64,000 nt of DNA from Nitrospiraceae bacterium (GCA_003599275.1 QZJG01000057.1:6556-70555); one strand, 5' to 3'; positions 10,477-20,575 are shown, counted from the stretch's first letter. Numbers and translations: made by a program. The notes: generated from the letters alone by a model not told the origin.

Positions 10477-10594
10477 AAAGGGGTGCAACTTTTGATGACA
10501 TGAAATTGCGTGAATTAAACTAATCTCCCTGATTGTTCAGGGAAAAAAACTGGTGCAACTTTTGTCTCAAAGTAAACAAATGTCGCACCCCTTT
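10477..10594. repeat. 118-bp element with imperfect terminal inverted repeats AAAGGGGTGC(A/G)AC
   Basis: AAAGGGGTGCAAC (10477-10489) pairs with GTCGCACCCCTTT (10582-10594). Inside are two direct copies of GGTGCAACTTTTG (10482-10494 and 10552-10564) and a perfect hairpin TCCCTGA-ttgt-TCAGGGA (10526-10543). It lies between the QC gene stop and the rSAM gene start. Confidence 0.4.
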
Positions 10595-11396
10595 AATCCG
10601 GATTGCTGCTTTCAGCGGGGACAGGTTTTATTTCATAAATATACGGCCATAATTTACCGGTGACGAAGAGCCGGTCGCCCTTTTCATCATAGGCTATACC
10701 GTTGAGGGCCTTTCTGTTGTCGTAGTCATTGACAGGCGGGAGACCGTCGAGATTTATCCATTCCGTTACACGCCCGGTTTTGGGATCAATCTTTGCTATC
10801 CTGTTTGTCGGCCATACATTGGCATAAATTTCGCCCCGGACATATTCAAGTTCATTGAGCCTGATTACAAATCCCCTCTCATCAAAAACCCGGACCCGTC
10901 TGATTTCCTTAAAGGTTTCGGGATCGAGAAAATAGAGATTTTCGGTGCCGTCGCTCATTACGAGATGCCTTCCGGTATAAGTGACGCCCCACCCTTCCGT
11001 GGGATAGTCGAATTTATCCAGCAGCCTGAAGCTGTCTTTGTCGTAGACAAAAGCGGTATGCGAGCGCCACGTCAGTTGTATTATCCTGTTCCCCAGAGCG
11101 GTTATGCCTTCTCCGAAAAACTCCTGGGGCAGCTTCACGGTCTTCAGGACGGCGCCGCTTTCCAGTTTTATTTTGCGCAGTGCGGACTCTCCGTGGAGGC
11201 CTGTTCCTTCATAAAGGATGCCGTCTTCAAAAAACAGTCCCTGCGTGAACGCCTTACGGTCATGAGGATAGACGCTGACGACCCTGTATGAAAAGACGGG
11301 GACGGAGGATGGACCCTGTCCCAATGCGTCAGGCCGGATGAAACAAAAGACAATCAGTCCCGCGGTCAGCCCCTTTATAAAATTTTTGCTGCGCAT
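10593..11396 (-). CDS. Glutaminyl-peptide cyclotransferase (beta-propeller, plant/bacterial type)
   Basis: I recognise the family from HDRKAFTQGL..EGTGL.GES.L..., GEGIT...TW, GWG(VT) and GEIYANVW...I.KIDP.TG.V. I chose the start at MRSKNF (ATG at 11396) because it gives an N-terminal hydrophobic anchor. The longer track ORF (to 11573) would run through the argG start. Confidence 0.8.
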   Translation of the reverse strand: MRSKNFIKGLTAGLIVFCFIRPDALGQGPSSVPVFSYRVVSVYPHDRKAFTQGLFFEDGILYEGTGLHGESALRKIKLESGAVLKTVKLPQEFFGEGITALGNRIIQLTWRSHTAFVYDKDSFRLLDKFDYPTEGWGVTYTGRHLVMSDGTENLYFLDPETFKEIRRVRVFDERGFVIRLNELEYVRGEIYANVWPTNRIAKIDPKTGRVTEWINLDGLPPVNDYDNRKALNGIAYDEKGDRLFVTGKLWPYIYEIKPVPAESSNPD

Positions 11397-11511
11397 ATGA
11401 TTAATAATTGTAACCCGATGTTCCCGCAGATTACTACTTTTCTTTTGAAGGTCCATTTTACATTTTTCATGGGCTTGTGATATGGTTATAAAATTTGAAG
11501 GAGAAAAATAA

Positions 11512-12699
11512 ATGAAGGTGAAAAAAGTAATACTCGCATACTCCGGCGGACTCGACACGTCCGTTATCATCAAGTGGCTGAAAGAGAATTATCATTGCGA
11601 GGTCATCGCATTTTGTGCCGACCTGGGGCAGGGAGAAGATCTCAAGGCCGTTAAGAACAAGGCCCTGAAGACAGGGGCCTCAAAGGCATACGTCGTGGAT
11701 TTACGGGAAGAGTTTGTAAGGGATTATGTCTTCCCGATGCTGCGGGCGAATGCGGTCTATGAAGGGGCCTACCTCATGGGCACATCCATAGCCCGTCCTC
11801 TCATTGCCAAAAAACAGATAGAGATAGCCAGGAAGGAAAGGGCGGATGCGGTCGCACACGGCGCAACCGGTAAGGGCAATGATCAGGTCCGGTTTGAATT
11901 GACGTATTATGCCCTGAAGCCCGATATCAAGGTTATCGCCCCGTGGAGGGAGTGGATTTTTAATTCACGGGAGTCATTGATAAATTACGCAAGGAAAAAC
12001 GGCATCCCCGTTCCGGTGACGAAAAAGAAACCATACAGCTCCGACATGAACCTCTTTCACATAAGTTATGAAGGGGGGATTTTGGAAGACCCGTGGGCCG
12101 AGCCTCCCGCTGACATGTTTACAATGAGTGTATCTCCGGAGAAGGCCCCGGCAAAACCCCAGTATATCGAGATCGGATATGTGGATGGAAACCCCGTCTT
12201 TGTTGACGGGAAAAAACACTCGCCCGCAAACCTTCTGAAAAAACTCAATGACATCGCAGGAAGACACGGAATCGGAAGGCTCGACATGGTTGAAAACAGA
12301 TATGTAGGGATAAAATCCAGGGGCGTCTATGAGACACCGGGCGGGACAGTGCTTCACATCGCCCATCGCGCAATGGAATCAATCACACTCGACCGGGAGG
12401 TCATGCATTTGAAGGACGCCCTGATGCCGAAATATGCGGAGCTTATCTACAATGGCTTCTGGTTTTCTCCTGAAAGACTTGCATTACAGAGTCTCATGGA
12501 TGAGGCGCAGAAGGGAGTTACCGGCACCGTGAGATTGAAACTCTACAAAGGCAATTGCATCGTAGCCGGAAGAAAATCTCCTGTATCATTATACAATCCG
12601 CAGCTTGCGACATTCGAGGCCGAGACTGTTTACAACCAGCAGGATGCGGAAGGGTTTATAAAACTGAATGCGCTGCGGCTGAAGATGCAGAGTTTATAA
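11512..12699 (+). CDS. argG: Argininosuccinate synthase
   Basis: The [11 protein letters not shown]-loop is present, as are the [13 protein letters not shown] and YSSDMNL..IS.EGG motifs. Confidence 0.97.
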   Translation: MKVKKVILAYSGGLDTSVIIKWLKENYHCEVIAFCADLGQGEDLKAVKNKALKTGASKAYVVDLREEFVRDYVFPMLRANAVYEGAYLMGTSIARPLIAKKQIEIARKERADAVAHGATGKGNDQVRFELTYYALKPDIKVIAPWREWIFNSRESLINYARKNGIPVPVTKKKPYSSDMNLFHISYEGGILEDPWAEPPADMFTMSVSPEKAPAKPQYIEIGYVDGNPVFVDGKKHSPANLLKKLNDIAGRHGIGRLDMVENRYVGIKSRGVYETPGGTVLHIAHRAMESITLDREVMHLKDALMPKYAELIYNGFWFSPERLALQSLMDEAQKGVTGTVRLKLYKGNCIVAGRKSPVSLYNPQLATFEAETVYNQQDAEGFIKLNALRLKMQSL

Positions 12700-12702
12700 A
12701 CT

Positions 12703-13800
12703 ATGTCCGACCTGAAATATTATCTTGCCCTGAATTTCATTCCCGACGTCGGTCCTGTGACCGCGGGACGGCTGCTTGCCGCGTTCGGAAAGCCCGGGAA
12801 CATCTTTCAGGCATCAGCGCACGAGCTGAAACAGGTTGAAGACATAGGCGAAAACAGGGCGGGGAATATCACCGGTTTTAACCAGTGGGACATAGTGCAG
12901 AAGGAAATTGAAAAAGCGGAAAAGAACAAAGTACGGTTGATTGCGAGAAATGACCCTGCATACCCCGAAACGCTTAAACGCATTCACGGCGCGCCGATGG
13001 TCTTATATGTAAAAGGCGGGTTGAAAGACGACGACAGGTATGCTATAGCAATGGTAGGGTCGAGGACTTCGACCCATTACGGGATGCAGATGGCGGAGAA
13101 GATGAGTCATAAACTTGCGTCGTCCGGGCTGACCGTTGTTAGCGGTATGGCAAGGGGAATAGACAGCGCTTCACACAGGGGAGCGCTGAAGGCAGGCGGA
13201 AGGACCGTGGCGGTTTTAGGCTCGGGAATTGACGTTCCGTATCCGCCGGAGAATAAAAAACTTGTGGATGACATTGCATCTTCCGGAGCGGTTGTAAGTG
13301 AATTCCCGTTAGGCGCCTTGCCCAACAGGGAAAATTTTCCCCGGAGGAACAGGATCATCAGCGGGTTGTCGCTGGGGGTCATTGTCATCGAGGCCACGCT
13401 TGACAGCGGCTCTCTCATTACAGTAGCCTATGCCCTCGAACAGGGGAAGGACGTCTTCGCGGTCCCGGGGAATGTTACTTCGAGGACTTCAAAAGGGACG
13501 AATGACCTTATTAAAAAGGGCGCAAAGCTTGTCGAGAGCGCTGAAGAGGTCCTGGACGAACTCCGGCCCCAGATAAAAGGTTTTCTCCGGGAAGAAAAAA
13601 TAAACACTGCAAAACCTCTGCCTGCAATGAGCGCCGAGGAGCAGACGGTTTATCATTCTTTAAGCAATGAACCGAAACACATAGATTCGATTATAAGAGA
13701 AATAAACATACCTACAAACAGGGCGTTGTCGGTCCTGTTGGGTCTTGAGCTGAAGGGAGTAGTAAGACAGTTGCAGGGGAAGAACTTTTCACTGAATTAA
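12703..13800 (+). CDS. dprA: DNA-processing protein DprA (Smf)
   Basis: An N-terminal SAM-like region is followed by a Rossmann core (VVSGMARGIDSASHRGAL...TVAVLGSGID) and a C-terminal winged-helix region. Confidence 0.93.
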   Translation: MSDLKYYLALNFIPDVGPVTAGRLLAAFGKPGNIFQASAHELKQVEDIGENRAGNITGFNQWDIVQKEIEKAEKNKVRLIARNDPAYPETLKRIHGAPMVLYVKGGLKDDDRYAIAMVGSRTSTHYGMQMAEKMSHKLASSGLTVVSGMARGIDSASHRGALKAGGRTVAVLGSGIDVPYPPENKKLVDDIASSGAVVSEFPLGALPNRENFPRRNRIISGLSLGVIVIEATLDSGSLITVAYALEQGKDVFAVPGNVTSRTSKGTNDLIKKGAKLVESAEEVLDELRPQIKGFLREEKINTAKPLPAMSAEEQTVYHSLSNEPKHIDSIIREINIPTNRALSVLLGLELKGVVRQLQGKNFSLN

Positions 13801-13817
13801 TGCGGTATTAAGAGGAT

Positions 13818-13898
13818 GTCATTGCGAGGAGTGAAACGACGAAGCAATCTCGCAGTCATAAATAGATTGCCACGCTCCCGTTGGTCGCTCGCAATGAC
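13818..13898. repeat. Palindromic repeat, GTCATTGCGAG family, copy 1
   Basis: The sequence is GTCATTGCGAGGAGTGAAACGACGAAGCAATCTCG...AGATTGCCACGCTCCCGTTGGTCGCTCGCAATGAC. It lies between dprA and topA. Confidence 0.9.
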
Positions 13899-14077
13899 AA
13901 GAAAGCCGCAGTAAAGGTTTCCCTTGAACTGCCGATTAAATGAACAGCGAGCGAATCTAATAAAAAGAATTCCTTACATTAGATTTCCTGACGGTTTCTG
14001 CCGCAGGAAAGATCAAATAGGCGGCACAGGCATCGCGGTCAGCGTGCGGTATTTTTGACAGACAGAGGTATTATTAA

Positions 14078-16342
14078 ATGAAATCACTTTTAATCGTAGA
14101 ATCTCCGGCCAAGGTGAAGACACTGAGCAAGTTCTTAGGCAAGGACTTTACCATCAAGGCGTCAATCGGTCATGTCAAAGACCTTCCCAAAAAAGATATA
14201 GGCGTTGATGTTGAGAACAACTTTGCCCCCACATATGTCGTGATAGAGGGGAAAGAGAAGGTAATGAAGGATTTGAAGAAGGCGGCAAAGGCGGCCGATC
14301 AAATTTTTCTCGGTCCCGACCCTGACAGAGAGGGAGAGGCCATAGCATGGCACATTGCCGAAGAGCTGAACGGCGATTCCGGGAAACTCTTCAGGGTAGA
14401 GTTCAATGAAATAACTGAGAAGGCCGTTACCGAGGCCATCAGGCATCCGAGGAAAATCAACTCGAATCTTTTTGATGCCCAACAGGCCCGAAGGGTCCTT
14501 GACAGGCTCGTCGGTTACAAACTTTCACCGCTTTTGTGGCGCAAGGTGCGCCGGGGTCTCAGCGCCGGGAGGGTCCAGTCCGTTGCGGTCAGGCTTGTCG
14601 TTGACAGAGAGCGTGAGATAGAGGCGTTCAAGTCGCAGGAATACTGGAGCATCACTGCGACATTGGAAGGCAAAGAGCCGCCTCAGTTTGACGCAAGACT
14701 CTTTCAGATATCCGGGCAGAAGGCGGACATTAATAATGAAGAGCAGGCAAAGGGGATTGTTGAAGATCTACAGGGCAGGAGTTTTATTGTCACCGGGACA
14801 GAAAAGAAAAAGAGAAAACGCTCGCCCTCACCTCCTTTTATCACAAGCACACTTCAGCAGGATGCCGCAAGGAAGTTCAGGTTTACCGCCAAAAAGACGA
14901 TGCTTATCGCACAAAAGCTCTATGAGGGAATCGAACTCGGTGAAGAAGGGCCGACCGGCCTTATAACATACATGAGGACCGATTCAGTGCGGGTCGCATC
15001 AGAAGCGCAGCACGAGGCAAGGGAATTCATCGTAAAAAAATACGGCACGGATTATGCTCCGCCAAAACCTCCGGTTTACAAAAGCAAGAAATCAGCGCAG
15101 GAGGCGCATGAGGCAATCAGGCCTACATCCGTTTACAGGGACCCCGCCGACATTAAGAAGTTCCTGGAACCGGACCAGCACAAACTCTATAAACTTGTCT
15201 GGGAGCGGTTCGTCGCAAGCCAGATGGAGTCGGCGCAGCTTGAGCAGACCTCAATTGATATAGGCGCGGACAAATACACTTTCAGGGCGACCGGCACGGT
15301 CGTGACATTCCCCGGATTTATGACGCTGTATATTGAAAGCACGGACAACGGAAAAGAAGAAGAAGGACTTCTGCCTTCATTATCGGAGAATGAGGTCCTG
15401 AAGTCTCTCGGCATTGACCCAAAACAGCATTTCACCCAGCCTCCTCCAAGATACACGGAGGCTTCGCTTGTAAAAGAGCTCGAGGCCAAGGGTATCGGAA
15501 GGCCGAGCACATACGCCTCCATACTTTCTACTATCCAGGACAGGAAATACGCGGAAAAGGCCGAAGGCAAATTCAAGCCGACGGAACTCGGGGTTGTTGT
15601 AAGCGACCTGCTTGTTGAAAGGTTCGCTGATATCATGGACTATAACTTTACTGCGAACATGGAGGACAATCTCGACAAGATAGAAGAAGGCGGCTTTAAG
15701 TGGGTCGATGTTGTGAATGATTTTTACAAGCCTTTTGACAAGGACCTCGCAGAGGCGATGTCGAGCCTCGGCAGGGTAAAGCCCCAGGACATCCCTACTG
15801 ACGAGACCTGTGAAAAATGCGGCGGGCCCATGGTAATAAAATGGGGCCGGTTCGGCAGGTTCATGGCCTGCTCAAAATACCCGGAATGCAAGACCACAAA
15901 GCAGTTGATCAACGCGCAGGGGGGCGAACAAAAACCCCAGCCGCCTGACGATCCCACGGATGAGGTATGCGGCAAATGCGGCTCCCCTATGGTGATTAAA
16001 TCAGGCCGGTTCGGCAGGTTCATAGCCTGTTCAAAATATCCCGAATGCAAGACTACAAAGGCCATCGGCACGGGCGTCAAGTGCCCCGAAGACGGCGGAG
16101 AGATCGTTGAGAGAAGGACGAAAAAGGGCAAGGTGTTCTTCAGCTGCGGCAATTATCCCAAATGCAAATTCGCAACGTGGTATAAGCCAGTGGACAAACC
16201 GTGCCCCAAATGCGGCGCAAGTATTTTAATAGAGAAAAAGACGAAGAAAGAAGAAGTCCTTGCCTGCCTGAAAAAAGAGTGCGGGTATAAGGAAGAGCTT
16301 GAAAAAACCCCGGAAGAAGCAACCAACGACGTACGGGAATAA
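14078..16342 (+). CDS. topA: DNA topoisomerase I
   Basis: It has a Toprim N-terminus (LLIVESPAKVKTL, DPDREGE), the type IA core, and C-terminal C4 zinc ribbons (CEKCGGPM...CSKYPEC and CGKCGSPM...CSKYPEC). Confidence 0.97.
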   Translation: MKSLLIVESPAKVKTLSKFLGKDFTIKASIGHVKDLPKKDIGVDVENNFAPTYVVIEGKEKVMKDLKKAAKAADQIFLGPDPDREGEAIAWHIAEELNGDSGKLFRVEFNEITEKAVTEAIRHPRKINSNLFDAQQARRVLDRLVGYKLSPLLWRKVRRGLSAGRVQSVAVRLVVDREREIEAFKSQEYWSITATLEGKEPPQFDARLFQISGQKADINNEEQAKGIVEDLQGRSFIVTGTEKKKRKRSPSPPFITSTLQQDAARKFRFTAKKTMLIAQKLYEGIELGEEGPTGLITYMRTDSVRVASEAQHEAREFIVKKYGTDYAPPKPPVYKSKKSAQEAHEAIRPTSVYRDPADIKKFLEPDQHKLYKLVWERFVASQMESAQLEQTSIDIGADKYTFRATGTVVTFPGFMTLYIESTDNGKEEEGLLPSLSENEVLKSLGIDPKQHFTQPPPRYTEASLVKELEAKGIGRPSTYASILSTIQDRKYAEKAEGKFKPTELGVVVSDLLVERFADIMDYNFTANMEDNLDKIEEGGFKWVDVVNDFYKPFDKDLAEAMSSLGRVKPQDIPTDETCEKCGGPMVIKWGRFGRFMACSKYPECKTTKQLINAQGGEQKPQPPDDPTDEVCGKCGSPMVIKSGRFGRFIACSKYPECKTTKAIGTGVKCPEDGGEIVERRTKKGKVFFSCGNYPKCKFATWYKPVDKPCPKCGASILIEKKTKKEEVLACLKKECGYKEELEKTPEEATNDVRE

Positions 16343-16373
16343 TTTATTTATTGCTTAAAGACGTCATAGCTCC

Positions 16374-17399
16374 TCATGACGGGTATAAAGTTATCTTCCC
16401 TGCCGAATTCAGGTTGCCCTCAAGCTGATATCGCATCTTCAAAAACTTTTCGATCACCCACAGGTTTGTGACCAGATGCTGTGTTATGCGTGTTGTGAAG
16501 GTTGATTCCTCCCGGGAAAGGCTGAGGTAAATAACCATCTGATCGGCAAGATGCGGGTCCAGACATATTGGGGCATCATGAAAGTCTTTGAACAGCGCTG
16601 CCGCCTCTCTGCCGACTTCCTCGGCGGGTTTCCCCCTTGCACCGAGGGCAGAAAAACCGGTCAGGGAGTTTTCATACTCTCCCCTGAGAAAGACAAAGGT
16701 CCCCTGTCCCGGAGAAGGGACGTCGATGACATCGATATCTGCATGCAGGGGAGAAAGACTTTGCATTACAGCGCTTTTTTGCCTCTCCGCTATATGCCGC
16801 GGAAGGTTTGAGACAGCGGAATATCCGGCAATGGAAAGCAGCCTGCCTTTTGAAACCGCGTTCACCCCTTTGATCTTCCCTATGGGATGGATATTGAAAC
16901 GGACCTCTCCTCCCCCTTTGGGATAAAAACCGTAGATGCTTATGGAAGGCCCGATTTTCACACCGAGCCGGTCGAGCATGGGAACAAAAATTTCCGCTAT
17001 ATAATGGTAGGACGGACTTAAGGGCACATGGGTGCCTCCCCTGATCGTGACATGAGAAGGCTGGTCGGCGAAGAGAAGCGGCGGAAGGACCGTCTGAAAT
17101 ACGAGGGAGCTTGAGCCTGCGGTTTTGATATCAAAGAAGAAACTGCCGTGCCTTACCCTCCCCGGAACAAAACTGAGCTCTGTCGAGCCGGTCCCGTTTC
17201 CCGAAACACGGGCATTGCAGATCCCGGAGGCCGCGTTTACGCAGGTCATGTGCTGCGGCATGAGCCCCGGTTTTTTCCTTTCCTTTCTGATATTGAAAAT
17301 CCTGAACTCTTTTCCTGTAACGCAGCTCAGTCCCAGGGCGGTCCTCAAAATCTGCCCCCCGCCTTCGCCGAAGCTGCCGTCAATCTCAACGGTCTCCAT
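16374..17399 (-). CDS. rtcA: RNA 3'-terminal phosphate cyclase
   Basis: It has the IDGSFGEGGGQILRTALGLS N-terminal signature and the typical length of about 340 aa. No rtcB lies nearby. Confidence 0.9.
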   Translation of the reverse strand: METVEIDGSFGEGGGQILRTALGLSCVTGKEFRIFNIRKERKKPGLMPQHMTCVNAASGICNARVSGNGTGSTELSFVPGRVRHGSFFFDIKTAGSSSLVFQTVLPPLLFADQPSHVTIRGGTHVPLSPSYHYIAEIFVPMLDRLGVKIGPSISIYGFYPKGGGEVRFNIHPIGKIKGVNAVSKGRLLSIAGYSAVSNLPRHIAERQKSAVMQSLSPLHADIDVIDVPSPGQGTFVFLRGEYENSLTGFSALGARGKPAEEVGREAAALFKDFHDAPICLDPHLADQMVIYLSLSREESTFTTRITQHLVTNLWVIEKFLKMRYQLEGNLNSAGKITLYPS

Positions 17400-17430
17400 C
17401 GCGGCCTCTCTTATTTTTTATTCTAATAAA

Positions 17431-17586
17431 AGTACTTGTCCACAGATTACGCAGATTATCACAGATTTTTTAAAAAGGTAACTAATTTTTGCTGTTCACC
17501 TTTTGGGTGAATATACAATATATGTCCATCTCATTATATCATTGTCTTTATCTGTGGAATCTGTGGATATAACTGCCGTTTTCAGG
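17431..17586. repeat. Hairpin repeat, CACAGAT 9-mer family
   Basis: The left arm is AGTACTTGTCCACAGATTACGCAGATTATCACAGATT. The right arm is ATCTGTGGAATCTGTGGATATAACTGCCGTTTTCAGG. The left arm recurs almost identically at 46278-46315. Confidence 0.8.
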
Positions 17587-17692
17587 ATTATCATTTCCGC
17601 AAAAAATCCGCCATCCCCTGACTCGATCAATTCATATCTCCCAACCCTTGACCATCAACAGGGCTTTAATATACCTTATTCAGGAGGCCTGA

Positions 17693-19189
17693 ATGAAACA
17701 TACCCTGAGAATCTTTTCACTCTTATTAGGACTGGCAATCGTTCTATGCTGGGCCATCCCCCGGCAACCTGAAGAAGGCGGCATCGCGAAGATAAAGGAG
17801 AGAGGTTTTCTGTTGTGGGGTTCGGATGCGGAGGGCGGCGCGCCTTATGTATTTCCCTCTCCGGACGATCCTTCAAAACTCATCGGCTTTGAAGTGGACC
17901 TCGCCGGGGCGATCGCAAGGGAGCTGGGCGTTAAGGCGAGGCAGTCGCAAAACGCATGGGACAGCCTGGTCCCCGCTCTGCAGCGGGGAGACTTTGACTT
18001 CGCGATGAACGGCATCGAGATAACCCCTCAGAGAAAACAGGAGATACTGTTTTCGGCGCCTTATTACATTTATACGGAACAGCTTACCGTCAGAAAAGAT
18101 GAAGGCGTCATACAGAGCATTGAAGACCTTAAAGGCAAAAAGGTAGGGACGCTTTCAGGCGCTGCTGCCCAGGATATCCTCGAAGATATCGGCGGGGTGG
18201 ATATAAAGATCTACTCCGGACAGGTAGAGCCTTATGAAGACCTCGCATTGGGCAGGCTTGATGCGGTGCTGCTGGACCTCCCTATAGCTGCTTATTATGC
18301 AAAGCCCAATCCAATGTTGAAATATGCGGGGCCTCCTGCCGGTGAAGGCTTCTACGGCATTGCCATAAGAAAAGGGGACGATGAGCTCAAGAGGGCTGTC
18401 GATGAAATCCTGCTGAGACTACTGAAATCCGGGGAGTTAAAAAGCATATATCAAAAATGGGACCTGTGGAACGAGAAACAGGAAGGACTCCTTTTAAATC
18501 TTGGCGGCCCCGCCGGGGGCGCAAGGCTCGAAGAAAGCAGGAATGCGCCCTTGCACACCTTCTTCCCCATGCTCCTGAAGGGCGCGGGTATAACAATATT
18601 CATATCCACTGCGTCTATGGCGCTTGCGATTTCGCTCGGACTGGCGCTGACGGTCCTGAGACTCTACGGCAGGCCGCCGTTAAGCTCTCTTGCCACAGCA
18701 TACATAGAACTTTACAGGGGCACGCCCCTGCTGATACAACTTTATATTCTCTATTACGGCCTCCCGAATATCGGTATCTCTTTAAGTCCCGTGGTGGCCG
18801 CCTTTCTGGGATTGGGGATGAACTATGCCGCGTATGAGGCCGAGATTTACAGGGCAGGGATCATGTCGGTCCCAAAGGGCCAGACAGAGGCCGCCTTTTC
18901 CCTCGGGATGACGCAGACCGTCGCGCTCAGGAGGGTCGTCCTTCCGCAGGCCCTGAGGATAGCCACACCCGGAATAACCAATGACTTCATCGCCCTGTTT
19001 AAGGACTCATCTCTTGTATCGGTCATCGCGATGGTGGAGCTTACAAAGACCTACGGCATACTCGCGGCCTCCACGCTGCGGTTTTTTGAGTTAGGGCTTA
19101 TCGTGGCGCTCCTCTATCTTGCGATGAGCTACCCGCTGTCTGTTTTTGCAAGGAGACTGGAAGACAGGCTGAAAGGGGTAAAGGGATGA
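17693..19189 (+). CDS. Amino-acid ABC transporter, fused periplasmic binding domain and permease
   Basis: A signal peptide is followed by a family-3 solute-binding domain ([15 protein letters not shown]...). A GlnP/HisM-type permease follows with an EAA-like loop ([22 protein letters not shown]). An AGGAGG Shine-Dalgarno sequence is present. Confidence 0.9.
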   Translation: MKHTLRIFSLLLGLAIVLCWAIPRQPEEGGIAKIKERGFLLWGSDAEGGAPYVFPSPDDPSKLIGFEVDLAGAIARELGVKARQSQNAWDSLVPALQRGDFDFAMNGIEITPQRKQEILFSAPYYIYTEQLTVRKDEGVIQSIEDLKGKKVGTLSGAAAQDILEDIGGVDIKIYSGQVEPYEDLALGRLDAVLLDLPIAAYYAKPNPMLKYAGPPAGEGFYGIAIRKGDDELKRAVDEILLRLLKSGELKSIYQKWDLWNEKQEGLLLNLGGPAGGARLEESRNAPLHTFFPMLLKGAGITIFISTASMALAISLGLALTVLRLYGRPPLSSLATAYIELYRGTPLLIQLYILYYGLPNIGISLSPVVAAFLGLGMNYAAYEAEIYRAGIMSVPKGQTEAAFSLGMTQTVALRRVVLPQALRIATPGITNDFIALFKDSSLVSVIAMVELTKTYGILAASTLRFFELGLIVALLYLAMSYPLSVFARRLEDRLKGVKG

Positions 19190-19941
19190 TACGGATAAGC
19201 GGCCTGCATAAATACTTCGGCGACCAGGTCCTTTTCAGTGGCGTGGACCTCGATATTCAAAAGGGAGAAGTCGTTGTACTCATTGGCCCGTCGGGAAGCG
19301 GCAAGAGCACTTTTTTGAGATGCATCAACGGCCTTGAATATTTTCAGAAAGGCGAGATCCATGTCGATGGCATTGAGTTGCATTCCATAAACAGGACAAG
19401 ACCGGGGAAAAAAGACCTTGAAGCCATAAGAAACGTCAGGCTGAAAGTCGGTATGGTCTTTCAGCAATTCAATCTGTTTCCTCACATGACTGCGCTGGGA
19501 AATATTATCGAAGGCCCCGTGACGGTGCTCGGCATTGATAAGGCCTCGGCAGTTGACAATGCGGTAGCATTGCTGAAACGAATAAATCTGGAAGGGAAAG
19601 TGGACTGCCGTCCGGAAGAGCTTTCAGGGGGCGAGCAGCAGCGGGTCGCAATCGCGAGGGCCCTCGCAATGAAACCGGGGACGATGCTTTTTGACGAACC
19701 GACATCTTCGCTGGACCCCGAGATGGTCGGAGAGGTCCTGTCGGTAATAAAAGACCTTGTCAACGATGGAATGACCACGATCATCGCCACTCATGAGATG
19801 GCCTTTGCAAGGGAGGTCGCCCACAGGGTGATCGTCTTTGACAAAGGGGAGATAATAGAGACAGGTCCGCCTGAGGAGATATTTACAAATCCGAAGGCAG
19901 AGCGGACCAGGACCTTCCTGCGCAGGATACTGAAAGACTGA
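19186..19941 (+). CDS. Amino-acid ABC transporter ATP-binding protein
   Basis: Walker [10 protein letters not shown], the signature [15 protein letters not shown] and Walker [12 protein letters not shown] are present. The start overlaps the permease stop by 4 nt. Confidence 0.95.
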   Translation: MIRISGLHKYFGDQVLFSGVDLDIQKGEVVVLIGPSGSGKSTFLRCINGLEYFQKGEIHVDGIELHSINRTRPGKKDLEAIRNVRLKVGMVFQQFNLFPHMTALGNIIEGPVTVLGIDKASAVDNAVALLKRINLEGKVDCRPEELSGGEQQRVAIARALAMKPGTMLFDEPTSSLDPEMVGEVLSVIKDLVNDGMTTIIATHEMAFAREVAHRVIVFDKGEIIETGPPEEIFTNPKAERTRTFLRRILKD

Positions 19942-19992
19942 CTGGAATGAGGGTGGATTGAATTTCTCAACCCACCCTCACAAACGCATTGA

Positions 19993-20118
19993 TTATTTCT
20001 TCTTCGTGAGCAGACTACAACCGCAGTCGCAGCCGCAGGAGCTTTTTGAACCGCTCTTGATTTCAGCGTTCTTTTCTGCAGGATCTGTTTTCGACTCTTT
20101 TTTAATGTCTTTTGCCAT
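19993..20118 (-). CDS. 41-aa Lys- and Cys-rich peptide (MAKDIKKESKTDPAEKNAEIKSGSKSSCGCDCGCSLLTKKK), not in the ORF track
   Basis: The Shine-Dalgarno context is strong (GAAAGGAGGTGATCAAGG-ATG). It lies 68 nt downstream of arsR on the same strand. The SCGCDCGCS cluster looks metallothionein-like. Confidence 0.45.
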   Translation of the reverse strand: MAKDIKKESKTDPAEKNAEIKSGSKSSCGCDCGCSLLTKKK

Positions 20119-20154
20119 CCTTGATCACCTCCTTTCAATTTAAGTTTATGCTCA

Positions 20155-20176
20155 TTTACTTATTTAAATAAGTAAA
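20155..20176. promoter_or_regulatory. Perfect 22-bp palindrome TTTACTTATTT|AAATAAGTAAA between arsR and the Cys-rich peptide gene
   Basis: The palindrome is seen directly in the sequence. It is composed only of A and T, so it is more likely a protein operator than a terminator. Confidence 0.4.
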
Positions 20177-20186
20177 AAAATATCCC

Positions 20187-20519
20187 CTATTTTGGCTTGG
20201 CAATTCCTTTATGCATTTGTTTTATCTTCACGTGCCCCCCTAAACAGCCACAAGTACAAATACGGTTAAGTCTTTCCCTGCATTTTTCGAGGGTGTCTCG
20301 ATTTAGAGAATAATAAATCCAGTAACCCTTCCTCTCGTCCTTCACAAGTCCCGCGCTTTTAAGAACTCTAAGATGCTGGGATACCGCTGACTGTGTTATT
20401 CCCAATGCATCAGCTAACGCATTGACACTCATGGGATCTTTTTTCAGTAATTCTATAATTTCTATTCGCTTATCAACTGAAAGGAGTTTAAATAATTCCG
20501 CGGATTCTTTCATAATCAT
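20187..20519 (-). CDS. ArsR/SmtB family metal-responsive transcriptional repressor
   Basis: It has a winged HTH (MSVNALADALGITQSAVSQHLRVLKSAGLV...G.W.YY.L) and a C-terminal CTCGC cysteine cluster. Confidence 0.9.
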   Translation of the reverse strand: MIMKESAELFKLLSVDKRIEIIELLKKDPMSVNALADALGITQSAVSQHLRVLKSAGLVKDERKGYWIYYSLNRDTLEKCRERLNRICTCGCLGGHVKIKQMHKGIAKPK

Positions 20520-20534
20520 CTCTCGGCTATAAGT

Positions 20535-20554
20535 ATATTAGTATGAACTAATAT
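20535..20554. promoter_or_regulatory. 8-4-8 inverted repeat ATATTAGT-atga-ACTAATAT, candidate ArsR operator
   Basis: The site lies 16-35 nt upstream of the arsR ATG. Its half-site ACTAAT resembles the ACTTAT half-site of the 20155-20176 palindrome. Confidence 0.45.
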
Positions 20555-20575
20555 TAACCCGGTGGGATTATATTG

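Noticed and set aside
10370-10501. A 43-aa ORF (MSSKVAPLWGSPHSLNKATNLLIFKYKNKFTLAWRKVCCPFYL) just upstream of the ccs-linked radical SAM gene, considered as a precursor peptide.
   Set aside because: It has no Shine-Dalgarno sequence within range. It runs across the terminal and direct repeats of the 118-bp element, and its composition is unlike a leader/core peptide. I kept it only as a note under the rSAM-ccs finding.
10482-10564. The TTGCACC motifs (minus strand), considered as sigma-54 -12 elements for the radical SAM operon.
   Set aside because: Neither copy has a TGGCAC-type -24 element at the required 10-11-nt spacing.
10593-11573. The full 326-aa track ORF for the glutaminyl cyclase.
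   Set aside because: The first ~59 codons overlap the argG start and promoter region and look non-protein-like. The internal MRSKNF start gives a sensible membrane anchor.
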